Positions 30,172 to 39,704 of a stretch of DNA of 53,990 nt are shown here, piece after piece; the first letter of the stretch is position 1; each line of letters opens with the position of its first letter. The stretch is from NCBI GenBank assembly GCA_024654575.1, contig JANLHG010000020.1, forward strand, positions 1-53,990, written 5' to 3'. This DNA comes from Patescibacteria group bacterium. GTDB lineage: Bacteria; Patescibacteriota; Minisyncoccia; Phycocordibacterales; PALSA-1337. The notes below the pieces were generated by a model, which saw only the letters and a program-made list of their open reading frames with translations, did no database searches and was not told where the DNA came from. The position numbers and the translations under genes are program-made.

Positions 30172-31896
30172 TTACCCGAAAGTAAACGTAAATGCTTGTA
30201 ATCCAGCTTTTGGTATCACTATCTTAAGGGTGTGTTTGCCATAATCTGCATCTTGGATGAGTGAATATAATGTTTCATCTTTGATGGTTATCTTTTTTAC
30301 AAACTCATCGTCTTTGTAAATTTCAACCTCAATTCCTTTCGCTGATCCTGCGGTTATGTAGACATTTTTTGCTTCGTAGTTAAAGACAATACTTCCAACA
30401 GTTATATTTTCGGCATATTCAGAAGTTATATTCCATGTACCACCAAGATAAAGTTTATTGGAAGAAATTGAGGGAGGAACTAAAAGAATTTGCTCACCCG
30501 TACGACCTGCGATACCGTTTGCAAGGTATTCATTTCTCGCTGATCCAAAATATACTTCTGGACTTTTCACCTTTCCAGATTCCACGGATACAACATTTTC
30601 GGGCTTTGATATATTTGAGGACACCTCCAAATTCATATCTAACCTGTCAGCCCGCTCTCTAAGAGCTTTTTGTATCGCAACTTCTGCTTCTTTGTATTGA
30701 CCCTCTCCTGCGTGGTCATAGACGATATATCCGTCAATATCTATCAGATATTTTCTAGGCCAATACTGATTGTTATATGCATTCCATGTGGAAAAATCAT
30801 TATCAAGTACCACGGGATATTTTATACCAAAGTCTTTTACAGCCTTTTCTACATTCTTTTGAACTTTCTCAAAAGAAAATTCCGGAGTGTGAAGACCGAT
30901 AATGACTAGTCCTTCGTCTTCATATTCTTTATACCACTCGTTTAGATACGGAATGGTGCGTTGGCAATTTATACAGCTATAAGTCCAAATGTCTAATAGT
31001 ACAACTTTTTTGCCTTTAAATTCGTTTATAGTTATGGGTAAATTGTTTGTATTTATGAAACCATCGGGAGTGCTGATGTCAGGCGCTAAAATAAACTTTC
31101 TGCCCTTCTCTTCAATACTTAGAAATGACCCTGTATTTGAATCACTATTTATACTTGTATTATTTTTCTCATTTTTTTCTAACAATTTTTGTTCAATTTT
31201 TGTAACATCTAAGAATCCCGCGTCAAGCAAATTAATTTGAAGTTTCTTATCATATCCAGAAATAATAGCGATTGCTACTAAAATGAAAATAACGCCAAAT
31301 ATTTTTTTAAACCATCCTCTAGGATCTGAAACTTTCCCGATTTTCGCCATAATACGTTCACCTAAAAGAGCGACGACTATAAGGGCAAGCGATAATCCTA
31401 AAACATAAGTAAAAAGATAGACGATTCCTAAGAAAAACGAAACGGGTAAGACTGTCGCTAAGATAACAAAGTATGTCGGACTACAAGCAGAAAAAATAGG
31501 TCCAAGTGACGCGCCTATGATCACATCTCCCCAAACACTATTCTTTTGATATCCTTTTGTTAATACTTTATTTGATTTAATACTTAAAGTATTTGCAAAA
31601 GAAAATTTTTCCCATAGATTTGGAAAGACCATAGTTAGACCAAACAAGAAAATAATTCCGCCGGAAATCCACTTCCAAAAATCTTGAGGAATATCAATTA
31701 GCAAAGAACTTGCTTTGAGAATAAGCGTGAATAGTATGATCGAAATCCCAAGCGATGCCACAACCACAAAGAGTCTCTTCCTGTTTGGAGTAATGTCTGT
31801 GATAGAGTGTCCAATAATCACAGGGAGGAGTGGCAGAATACACGGAGCAAGTATTGTTAGCACTCCAGCGATAAATGAAATTAGGAGAAGCAACAT
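30172..31896 (-). CDS. DipZ-like protein: CcdA/DsbD TM domain + thioredoxin domain + C-terminal beta domain
   Basis: [40 protein letters not shown]. Confidence 0.9.
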   Translation of the reverse strand: MLLLLISFIAGVLTILAPCILPLLPVIIGHSITDITPNRKRLFVVVASLGISIILFTLILKASSLLIDIPQDFWKWISGGIIFLFGLTMVFPNLWEKFSFANTLSIKSNKVLTKGYQKNSVWGDVIIGASLGPIFSACSPTYFVILATVLPVSFFLGIVYLFTYVLGLSLALIVVALLGERIMAKIGKVSDPRGWFKKIFGVIFILVAIAIISGYDKKLQINLLDAGFLDVTKIEQKLLEKNEKNNTSINSDSNTGSFLSIEEKGRKFILAPDISTPDGFINTNNLPITINEFKGKKVVLLDIWTYSCINCQRTIPYLNEWYKEYEDEGLVIIGLHTPEFSFEKVQKNVEKAVKDFGIKYPVVLDNDFSTWNAYNNQYWPRKYLIDIDGYIVYDHAGEGQYKEAEVAIQKALRERADRLDMNLEVSSNISKPENVVSVESGKVKSPEVYFGSARNEYLANGIAGRTGEQILLVPPSISSNKLYLGGTWNITSEYAENITVGSIVFNYEAKNVYITAGSAKGIEVEIYKDDEFVKKITIKDETLYSLIQDADYGKHTLKIVIPKAGLQAFTFTFG

Positions 31897-31897
31897 G

Positions 31898-32401
31898 TTA
31901 TTTCACTTCTGCTACCAGCGCAATGAGAGTTGGGCTACCACTCCATTTTTTAATAAGGTTTCCGTCTTTATCAACTTGCACAAATGTATGTTGGTAGGTA
32001 ACGCCATATTTTTGCTTGAGTGCAGTAGAATTGTCATAATTGACATCAAGTATTGCTAAGCTTGAAGGGATTTTCGAAAGATTAGCCTTAATATCCGCAT
32101 CCACCGCCCTACAAGTCGGACACCAGCTTGCTCTGAAAAACAAAACTACGTCGTGAGTAGCGGAAGCCAATGCAACTTTTTCTGGTGCGTACGCTTCGTA
32201 TGACCCTGCCTTCATCATCAACTCCCCGTCATCCACTATCATTTCGTCTACACCTTCGTATCCTGGAACGGGCACCATCATGCTTTCTCCCTCTTTATTT
32301 TTCATCAACGCATCATTTTTGCTATTCATTGATGCATATACTCCTCCTACTACGACCACCAATGCAATAACCCCAATAATAATTCCTGTGTTTTTGTTCA
32401 T
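31898..32401 (-). CDS. Membrane-anchored thioredoxin-fold protein
   Basis: N-terminal TM, Met-rich linker, FFRASWCPTC, YGVTYQHT. Confidence 0.88.
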   Translation of the reverse strand: MNKNTGIIIGVIALVVVVGGVYASMNSKNDALMKNKEGESMMVPVPGYEGVDEMIVDDGELMMKAGSYEAYAPEKVALASATHDVVLFFRASWCPTCRAVDADIKANLSKIPSSLAILDVNYDNSTALKQKYGVTYQHTFVQVDKDGNLIKKWSGSPTLIALVAEVK

Positions 32402-32447
32402 AAAAATTTATTAATTAATAATGATAATAAATAAAGTGTACACAATA

Positions 32448-32485
32448 ACAAAACGAATGTAAAGCTCACTTTACATTCGTTTTGT
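32448..32485. promoter_or_regulatory. Perfect 17-bp inverted repeat; candidate XRE operator and/or terminator
   Basis: ACAAAACGAATGTAAAG-CTCA-CTTTACATTCGTTTTGT; its 20-bp core matches 33101-33120 at 17 positions. Confidence 0.65.
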
Positions 32486-32498
32486 GGATAACCACATT

Positions 32499-32864
32499 TT
32501 AAAGATTTTTATCACTCCAAATTCTCGTAACGATTTTGACAACTATCATCATAATTAAAGCAACAACCAACCATGGATCTACAGAGTGTGAATATCCCTG
32601 TACTGCAATGCCGAACATAAGAATTGCTGATCCGGCGAGAAATGCGTTTCGTCCGGCAAGTGAACGATTCACATCATCACGTTCATCAAACGCTCTTTCT
32701 TTCAAAATAAAACTTGCAAATATACCAAAGAGAACTAGAAGGATGGCAAGCATTCCCATCACCATCATGTCCGGCATCCAAAAATGAAAAGGGTTAAGAA
32801 GCAAAATCGCCAGGACAATCAGTGTGAGAGGTACAATTATTTCTTTTGTGATTTTATTTTTCAT
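32499..32864 (-). CDS. 4-TM membrane protein coupled to the XRE regulator
   Basis: Four hydrophobic helices and a DERD...AGRNAFL loop; ATG at 32864 overlaps the end of the XRE gene. Confidence 0.8.
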   Translation of the reverse strand: MKNKITKEIIVPLTLIVLAILLLNPFHFWMPDMMVMGMLAILLVLFGIFASFILKERAFDERDDVNRSLAGRNAFLAGSAILMFGIAVQGYSHSVDPWLVVALIMMIVVKIVTRIWSDKNL

Positions 32865-33066
32865 AAGAAATTTTAAATATATTTTCAACTGGTAACTTAA
32901 AGAAACTGGCAATTTTCAGAGCGAGCAATACTGACGGTGTGTAATTGCCTTTCTCAATCGCAATAATCGTCTGTCGGCTCACCTGCAATTTTTCTGCTAG
33001 CTCTTCTTGCGTAACACCCTTTTTGTTTCGCAATGTATTCACTTCATTTGAAATATATTCTTGCAT
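32854..33066 (-). CDS. XRE-family HTH transcriptional regulator
   Basis: TQEELAEKLQVSRQTIIAIEKGNYTPSVLLALKIA. Confidence 0.95.
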   Translation of the reverse strand: MQEYISNEVNTLRNKKGVTQEELAEKLQVSRQTIIAIEKGNYTPSVLLALKIASFFKLPVENIFKISYEK

Positions 33067-33100
33067 GATTCGTAATGTAAGTTTACATAACCGTACTCAA

Positions 33101-33120
33101 ATGTCAATCTGACTTTACAT
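33101..33120. promoter_or_regulatory. Candidate XRE operator (second copy)
   Basis: ATGTCAATCTGACTTTACAT versus ATGTAAAGCTCACTTTACAT at 32457-32476. Confidence 0.55.
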
Positions 33121-33627
33121 CTTTCGGCTATCATACGCCCAGTGCAGAACCGCTTGCCTTTGCGTCGGCCGGCAAATTAAATCTTTCGGCCGACAATTCT
33201 TTTGGATCTGCGATATATGCCGGCGAATAGCTCTCCAACGCTTGATCTGCCGTTCGTCTTCAACCGGAAGCCGTCTGCCCATGTAGTAACGACAATACCA
33301 CTGGAACCAGCCACGAGGGTCGTGCTCTTCGTTGATCCAACCCTTCTCAATCCAGACTTTGAGCGGTTGGCTGGCGTGTTTATGGAAAAAGTTGAGGGTG
33401 TCGTCGTGATATTCAGGCGAAAGTTTGGCGCGGGTAAACCAATCTTTTGGAAACTCCTTTTTGCAATCGGTCATATACTTGCCGCCAAAAACTCCGAGCG
33501 CGAGCATTTGTTTTGGCGTAAGCTCCGGCTTGAAATCCGGATGAAAATTCCGTCCCACCGGTTCGGTAAGCTGGTATGTGTAACCTGTTTGGAATTTGTC
33601 GTTTACTTTGACAGTTTTTTTTCTCAT
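33115..33627 (-). CDS. Conserved hypothetical protein
   Basis: 170 aa, FKPELTPKQMLALGVFGGKY...DPRGWFQWYCRYYMGRR...QRQAVLHWAYD; function not assignable. Confidence 0.8.
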   Translation of the reverse strand: MRKKTVKVNDKFQTGYTYQLTEPVGRNFHPDFKPELTPKQMLALGVFGGKYMTDCKKEFPKDWFTRAKLSPEYHDDTLNFFHKHASQPLKVWIEKGWINEEHDPRGWFQWYCRYYMGRRLPVEDERQIKRWRAIRRHISQIQKNCRPKDLICRPTQRQAVLHWAYDSRKM

Positions 33628-33665
33628 AGATGCGTTATTCCCAAAAATCCATGAATATCAATAAT

Positions 33666-34319
33666 TTATCTTACCCCTATCTGCACCTCACTCCTAAGCA
33701 TAAATGGTATTGTCCAAGGTACGTTATAACGCGCCACATTGACGGCTCCCACGATTTCAACGCCATCACGCCTAAGTGCCTCCAAAAGTTCTGTCTCATA
33801 CTTTTTAAAAGCTGATTCACTGGTCGTCCAACTGAACCTCCGCACTGCCACCTTATGCGCTGGCACTTCACGCAACTCTATCCGCTTATCATTTGGCTCA
33901 GGCAAAGTCTCGAGCGTGTATTTACTTGGCATGACAAAAGAGATCTTGTATGCGCCACTACCTGCTTCTTCTTCAGTATTAACTGGCACCGTCATGGCGA
34001 TCTTCTCTGAAATACTCTCTTCGGTATTAACCGGCACGGTCATAGCAATCTTGTCTTTTTTTGTATTGTCACCAAAGATATAGCTGGCGATTATAGGAAA
34101 ACCTTTTCTTGCCGCCTCGTCTTTGTTCTCTGCACCGCTAACAGTAGTTTCAGCGACAATGTAAGATGCATATTCTCGTATCTCATAGCCACTTGCCTCA
34201 CTCACAACCGTATACTTTGGTTCTTCAATATTTCGCACTGGAAGCCAGCTGTATAAAAACCAGCCAACCAAAATGACTCCGATAATTATTAATGTAATAT
34301 TCATAGTTTTTTTCTTCAT
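33666..34319 (-). CDS. SOUL heme-binding family protein
   Basis: IEEPKYTV...YEIREY, GF...YIFGDN, KIAMTVPV (twice), FVMPSKY, ARYN.PWT. Start at ATG 34319 after TGGTATAAT. Confidence 0.92.
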   Translation of the reverse strand: MKKKTMNITLIIIGVILVGWFLYSWLPVRNIEEPKYTVVSEASGYEIREYASYIVAETTVSGAENKDEAARKGFPIIASYIFGDNTKKDKIAMTVPVNTEESISEKIAMTVPVNTEEEAGSGAYKISFVMPSKYTLETLPEPNDKRIELREVPAHKVAVRRFSWTTSESAFKKYETELLEALRRDGVEIVGAVNVARYNVPWTIPFMLRSEVQIGVR

Positions 34320-34434
34320 ATTTTTATTATACCATTTTTTTAAAAAAATACTCTCTCGTTCGAGTGTGCGCAAAACTGCGTTCGCACTTGTCCGCTTCTG
34401 GAGGAAGGATGAGAGGGGGTGCGAGCGGGACTCC

Positions 34435-34827
34435 CTAGGTAGTTTGTTCTAAGAATATTGCTAGTTCTCGAAGTGGTCTTCTTTCGTTATCCCAAAAATG
34501 AGTTTTGATACCGATAGATTGAGCACTTTTTACTGCTTCGGGATTATGCTCGAAATAAACAACATCTTCCGATTTTAAATTAAAATGCTCAAGCATTTTT
34601 TTGTAATATTCGGGGTTGGTTTTTTCGGGGTCGTGCTTGAGTGTAAAAACTTCGTATGGCATTTTATCCAATCCAAATTTCTTAAACTGCTCGTCATTTG
34701 CACCAGTGAGAATTATCTTAGTATTTGGAAACTCATCAAGCATTTTTCGCATTGGCTCAAAAATCTCAAAACCATTTTCGGTTTCTACAACAAACGTATC
34801 TACGGCATCAACAAGAATTGTTTTCAT
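34435..34827 (-). CDS. HAD-superfamily hydrolase
   Basis: ILVDAVDT (motif I), KTNPEYY, VVYFEHNPEAVKSAQSIGI. Confidence 0.82.
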   Translation of the reverse strand: MKTILVDAVDTFVVETENGFEIFEPMRKMLDEFPNTKIILTGANDEQFKKFGLDKMPYEVFTLKHDPEKTNPEYYKKMLEHFNLKSEDVVYFEHNPEAVKSAQSIGIKTHFWDNERRPLRELAIFLEQTT

Positions 34828-34831
34828 ATTA

Positions 34832-34990
34832 TTATTTTATTAAAATTCTCGCTTCTTGTAAAATTGCCGTATCTCTTGGAACGATATAGGCACTACCCTC
34901 GATATTTGTCGCCTTACTTTCAGATAACACCTTCAATGCTTCATCATAAGGCAACCACACCTGTTCAAAACCATTTTCTTTTTCCTTGTC
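34832..34990 (-). pseudogene. C-terminal remnant, probably of a NUDIX hydrolase
   Basis: KEKENGFEQVWLPYDEALKVL...YIVPRDTAILQEA* with no start codon; cut off at a GC-rich palindromic element. Confidence 0.5.
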
Positions 34991-35035
34991 CGCCGTAGCT
35001 TTAGCAAAGGCCTGGACCCACCCTTCCGTTCGCGC

Positions 35036-35077
35036 GCAACATCCCCGCCGTGGGAAAAAGAGGAGACGGCGGGGATG
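35036..35077. terminator. GC-rich long hairpin after the defence operon
   Basis: CATCCCCGCCGT...ACGGCGGGGATG, 12-bp arms. Confidence 0.55.
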
Positions 35078-35090
35078 CTCCCTTAAATTG

Positions 35091-37805
35091 CTATTTAATA
35101 TTCAATTTTTCTCCTCTTTTTTCAAATGCTTCTTTTCCGCCTTCAAGTTTAAGCAATTCTTCTCTGTTTTTTGTGTCCTCGATCGTTGTTTCGATAACTT
35201 CCGTCTGTCCAGATTCATTTTTCAAAATGAAAATTTTCTCTGCATCTCCATTGATTACAAAATTGGCATTGTGCGTAGCAAAAATAATTTGGCGATCTGA
35301 TTTTTTCTCTTTCAGCAAAGGCACGAGATAGTTCGCAATCAACGAGCTATCAAGATGAGCCTCTGGCTCATCAATGATTAACGGATAATTACCGAACAAG
35401 AGCAAAATCACAACTACCGCCGTACATCTTTGTCCGAAAGACGCTTGTTCAACATCTCGATCGTCATATTTAACCTGAATTATCTTGTTTGATTTTACAT
35501 CATACAAATGCTTATCCCTAATTGCTTGAAAAATTTGAAAATTCTTTTCGTCCTTGAATACCTCGTCAAGAAATTTAATGTATTGTTTGTCATTTTTTTG
35601 AGATTGCTTAACAGCCCTTTTAATATCCTCTAAATTTTTTGATGAGAATATTTCCTTACTATCCGCAATATAATCACATACATATTTTCCCTTTTCGGAA
35701 TCCTTAAAGGCTTCTTTGAACTTCTCGTAAAATTCTTTTGCTAAAGCATTCCACGCCCGATTTTCGTCAAAAGAGTACTCTAAAGAAATCTTTTTAATAT
35801 CTTTGCCCTTGTTATTCTCAAACTGCGTTTTTAGCAATTTTTGTAACGGATCGACTATTGTTTTTATTTTATTTTCATAGCCTTCTTTATCAGTTTTCAA
35901 TTTCGTAACAGTATCACTAAGAGTTGCTATAATTTTGTTTTTGCCTTCGATTTGAAAAATAATTTGTTCAATTTCTCGCTCCAAGGCAACAATTTTCTGA
36001 GGTGCTGATTTTATTTGCTCAATATTATCTTCTGAAAAATTGCCTTTATTGAGTAATTTCTTTAATTCTTCTTCCAATAGCACCAAATTATCTTGATGTA
36101 ATTTTTCTTCTTTTTTAGCTTCATCAAAATTCTTGTCTTCAAGAAATGCAATAGCTTCATTTGCCTTACTTATTGCTAATAAGAAAGATTCCTTGTACTT
36201 AATTTGATCATTATTTCCATCAAGAACTTTCGAATAAAATTCAATCGTGTCGCTCAACTGCGTTTTTAACAAATACACCTCATTAGACCATTTTTTGTGT
36301 ACCTGTAATTTTTGCGTCAATTCAGATATTGAATCTGTGAGTTTCTTGTAGTCCTTGCTCTCAATTATGTTTTTCGTGTTCTCTAATGATCTTTTTTCTT
36401 TTTCTTTTGTCTTTTGTTGTGCGTATAATTCTTGCGAACTAAAAACTGCCTCGATAATTTTATCTAGATCATTTTGATATTTTAAAATATCATCCTCAAA
36501 TTTCTGCAAAATCTTACTGGGACCATTCGCCCTGTCGTAAATTGCTTGTGTAAATTTTACCTTATCTCTTGCAAAGGTTTCTATCTCACTTTGGGCTAGA
36601 AATTCAAAAATTTCTGTTCCACCGAAAGAAAAAACTGCATTATCGTTTGGATCAAATCCAGATGGATTCAATCCTTTTTTATCTTTACCGTCGCCAAACC
36701 AAAATAACTTGGAAGAATCAGGGTTGTTTGAATGTAAGCCAAGAAAATTCAAAATAGTGCTTTTCCCAGAACCTCTTCCGCCGATGAAGCAATTAAAATA
36801 TGGGCTTAAACTATAAGAGTAATTATTCCCAGCAAAACAAAATTTATCTTCGCCAACTTTTGCGTCAGCTGGAATTTTTAGAGTGATTGAATCAATTGTG
36901 TTTATCGGTTTTTTGGGTTTCCTCTCGCCAATAAAAATTCTTGTTTCTGGTTCATAAACAATCTGCTTCAATCCCTCAAATGTTGGGTCGGCTTTAATCC
37001 ATGTAATATCTTTTTCAACCACCTCAACATTTTTAATAGTTTTAACAACTCTTTTGCCAAGCCAATTATCTAAATCATCAAAAGAGTGCGCGTCGCAACC
37101 ACCAGCGACAGGTTTCTTTTTTGCAATCTCATTATCTTCATAACGATCAGTCTTAAGATAATATTCAACATTTTGTTGTCCACCAAAGAAACCGTCGCAG
37201 ATTTTATCAATCTCATCAGTAATATTGAGTTTTCTTGGAGAGTTGTTATCTGGACGAAGTCCGGCGTTGTTTGAAGCACCAAATATTAAATAACACTCAT
37301 CATCACCAAAAATTTCTTTCAATTTTTTCTTAAGAATCTTATAGTCAATTCCCGCACTTTTACAATCTGCTTGCGTGGAAATATCTTTGCAAGAAACACA
37401 AGCACCGTTTTTACTGATATTCGTATCTAGTTTTGAAAGGAAAGATTCGATTTTATCCTTTTCGGTCTTATCACTAAAAATAATGTGTAAATTCACTTCT
37501 TCGGCATTTTTGTTTACAGAAACTTCTAAACGAAGCTCTAAATTTGAAAAAAACTTCTTTTTTGATTGAGGATATTTTATCTTAAACTTTTCTATAAATG
37601 TAAAATAATTTTCTGCGGAAAAATAATCGGTTATACCAATAACATCAACATCTGATTTTTCTATTGATTCACAAAACTTATTCCACAGATTAGTTCCTTT
37701 TGTAGATTTAAAATTATCGCTCAATTTGGTATTTGGAGTATGCACATGCAAGTCCCATTTCCTCCATTCAGAGCCGATATTCTGTTTTGTAATTTCTGTA
37801 CTCAT
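35091..37805 (-). CDS. PHP phosphoesterase + SMC/ABC-type ATPase (TrlF/Ppl-like defence protein)
   Basis: WRKWDLHVHTP, GITDY, GCDAH, TWIKADPTFEGL, Walker A GGRGSGKS, coiled coil, SFGQR, IIDEPE, ATHN. Confidence 0.88.
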   Translation of the reverse strand: MSTEITKQNIGSEWRKWDLHVHTPNTKLSDNFKSTKGTNLWNKFCESIEKSDVDVIGITDYFSAENYFTFIEKFKIKYPQSKKKFFSNLELRLEVSVNKNAEEVNLHIIFSDKTEKDKIESFLSKLDTNISKNGACVSCKDISTQADCKSAGIDYKILKKKLKEIFGDDECYLIFGASNNAGLRPDNNSPRKLNITDEIDKICDGFFGGQQNVEYYLKTDRYEDNEIAKKKPVAGGCDAHSFDDLDNWLGKRVVKTIKNVEVVEKDITWIKADPTFEGLKQIVYEPETRIFIGERKPKKPINTIDSITLKIPADAKVGEDKFCFAGNNYSYSLSPYFNCFIGGRGSGKSTILNFLGLHSNNPDSSKLFWFGDGKDKKGLNPSGFDPNDNAVFSFGGTEIFEFLAQSEIETFARDKVKFTQAIYDRANGPSKILQKFEDDILKYQNDLDKIIEAVFSSQELYAQQKTKEKEKRSLENTKNIIESKDYKKLTDSISELTQKLQVHKKWSNEVYLLKTQLSDTIEFYSKVLDGNNDQIKYKESFLLAISKANEAIAFLEDKNFDEAKKEEKLHQDNLVLLEEELKKLLNKGNFSEDNIEQIKSAPQKIVALEREIEQIIFQIEGKNKIIATLSDTVTKLKTDKEGYENKIKTIVDPLQKLLKTQFENNKGKDIKKISLEYSFDENRAWNALAKEFYEKFKEAFKDSEKGKYVCDYIADSKEIFSSKNLEDIKRAVKQSQKNDKQYIKFLDEVFKDEKNFQIFQAIRDKHLYDVKSNKIIQVKYDDRDVEQASFGQRCTAVVVILLLFGNYPLIIDEPEAHLDSSLIANYLVPLLKEKKSDRQIIFATHNANFVINGDAEKIFILKNESGQTEVIETTIEDTKNREELLKLEGGKEAFEKRGEKLNIK

Positions 37806-37808
37806 GTT

Positions 37809-39701
37809 TTAGTATTTCCAGAGTTTCCCGATAATTCCTTCTGTTTCAGTCTTTAAGGTTTCAATTTTTTGAGAATACTCTGAAATGAATTTTTTCTTCT
37901 CTTGTATTTCTTTAATTATTTTCTGCTGTTCTTCAATTGGCGGTAGTGGTATTTTTTGATCAAGAAATATTTTTTCATCTAAATACCGTCTATTGGTCAC
38001 TCCCGCACTGGACAATGTACAGATTTTCTTAAATTCATCAGAAAAAAGTAAATAATTGAGGTAGTTATTATCTAAACCTACATCCGTTTTAATATCGTAT
38101 GCCCAAAAGTTGCCAGTAATGATAGCCCCTTCAATTTCCTCTGGTACTATTCCAAATGCTCCATTCCTAGCGTCAATTTTAGATAACAAAAGCTGACCTT
38201 CGGAAACTGTGAATTGTTTTTTTGTCCCAATCTTTTCACCCAAAACCTCATCCCTTAAACATATTCCTTTCCCATGCATTTTTATCGTAACTCGTTTATA
38301 TTTTTTTGAATCTTTGATCTCTATTTGCGTTTTGTTTCTAACCAAAACATTTCGTAGTGAAATGCTATTAACATGCGTTCTGGTATTTTGTGAATTCTCG
38401 TATCTCCCGAAAAAGAAATCATAGTTTTTGTTTTTTGCTATGTCCGATTTTTTTATTAACCTTGTTTGAGTATTTCCTGCTTTTTTTCCTTCTGTTCGAG
38501 CAAGTAGGATTTTCTGTATTTCTGGCAAATCATTCTTTGATATAGAGTTTCTTTGTAGTCCTAAATCAAAACCATCAAATAAAACTTCGGCGAATATAAT
38601 CTCATCGCTTTTCTTTGCAATATTTTTATCTATAAATAGAATATTCGTCTTCGCGTCGGTATATGGATTAAAGACACCTTGTGGGAGAGATAACACTGCC
38701 CATAAGTAATTATTGTCAATCAACTTTTTTCTTAATGCTTTAGCTTTTGTGTCAAAAATAATACCCTCTGGCACAATAACTCCCGCTCTACCTGATAGAT
38801 TCAAATGATCTAAAATATAATCAACAAACAAAATTTCTGCTTTGCTCGATTGAATACTAAATCTTTGATGTGGAGTAATTCCACCCTTCGGTGTCATAAA
38901 TGGAGGATTAGCCATAATCACATCGTACATTTCGTCCCATTTTTCCTCGCTTGAAAGAGTGTCGTATTCAAAAATTTTTGGCTCGGCGAAGCCGTGCAGA
39001 TACATATTTACTTTTGATAATTTCACCATATCTGGCGAAATATCATAACCGACTAAGTTATTCATTAACTTTTTCTTTTCATCGGGAGTAAGTGGTCTAT
39101 CTTTTTGCTGTTTTAGGATATGTTTGTATGCTGAAATTAAAAATCCAGCCGTACCGCACGCAGGGTCTAAAATAGTATCGCCTTTCTTTGGGTCTACAAC
39201 TTCAGCAATAAAATCAATAATATGTCTTGGTGTGCGGAATTGTCCTGCATCACCTTGAGAGCCAAGAATAGAGAGCAAATATTCAAAAGCATTTCCTAAA
39301 TCTTCACTGTGGTCATAAGTAAAGCCATTAATTTCTTTCAGAAATAAAGTCAAAGTTTCAGGGCTTCGGTATGGAAGAAAAGCATCTTTGAAAATATCGC
39401 GGAATAATTGCGGTATGTGCGGATTTTGAGACATTTTAGCAACGGCTTCGCCGTAAAGTTCCAAACGCTCGTGTCCTCCGAGCTTCTGGTCAAGTAATTT
39501 TGTCCACGCATATTTTTCAAAACCTTTCGTAAAAAATCTTGCCTTTCCACCAAGCTCAATGGCTTCTTTGTCCATATCGTCCATAAACTTGTAAATCAAA
39601 GCTGTTGTGATTTGCTCAACTTGGGCTTTTGGATCTGGGACTTTACCAACAAGGATATTGCGGGCGGAGTCAATTTTTCGTTTTGTTTCTTGAGTAAGCA
39701 T
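37809..39701 (-). CDS. hsdM: Type I R-M N6-adenine methyltransferase fused to a single specificity (TRD) module
   Basis: GQFRTPRH, DPACGTAGFL, ANPPF; the C-terminal ~190 aa is HsdS-like and ends IPLPPIEEQQKI. Confidence 0.9.
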   Translation of the reverse strand: MLTQETKRKIDSARNILVGKVPDPKAQVEQITTALIYKFMDDMDKEAIELGGKARFFTKGFEKYAWTKLLDQKLGGHERLELYGEAVAKMSQNPHIPQLFRDIFKDAFLPYRSPETLTLFLKEINGFTYDHSEDLGNAFEYLLSILGSQGDAGQFRTPRHIIDFIAEVVDPKKGDTILDPACGTAGFLISAYKHILKQQKDRPLTPDEKKKLMNNLVGYDISPDMVKLSKVNMYLHGFAEPKIFEYDTLSSEEKWDEMYDVIMANPPFMTPKGGITPHQRFSIQSSKAEILFVDYILDHLNLSGRAGVIVPEGIIFDTKAKALRKKLIDNNYLWAVLSLPQGVFNPYTDAKTNILFIDKNIAKKSDEIIFAEVLFDGFDLGLQRNSISKNDLPEIQKILLARTEGKKAGNTQTRLIKKSDIAKNKNYDFFFGRYENSQNTRTHVNSISLRNVLVRNKTQIEIKDSKKYKRVTIKMHGKGICLRDEVLGEKIGTKKQFTVSEGQLLLSKIDARNGAFGIVPEEIEGAIITGNFWAYDIKTDVGLDNNYLNYLLFSDEFKKICTLSSAGVTNRRYLDEKIFLDQKIPLPPIEEQQKIIKEIQEKKKFISEYSQKIETLKTETEGIIGKLWKY

Positions 39702-39704
39702 AAT

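Noticed and set aside
33965-34055. Tandem KIAMTVPVNTEE repeat in the SOUL protein
   Set aside because: Duplication of this motif is common in bacterial SOUL proteins.
34425-34432. GCGGGACT match to the tRNA-Gln 3' end as an attR site
   Set aside because: Only 8 bp long, and there is no integrase in the window.
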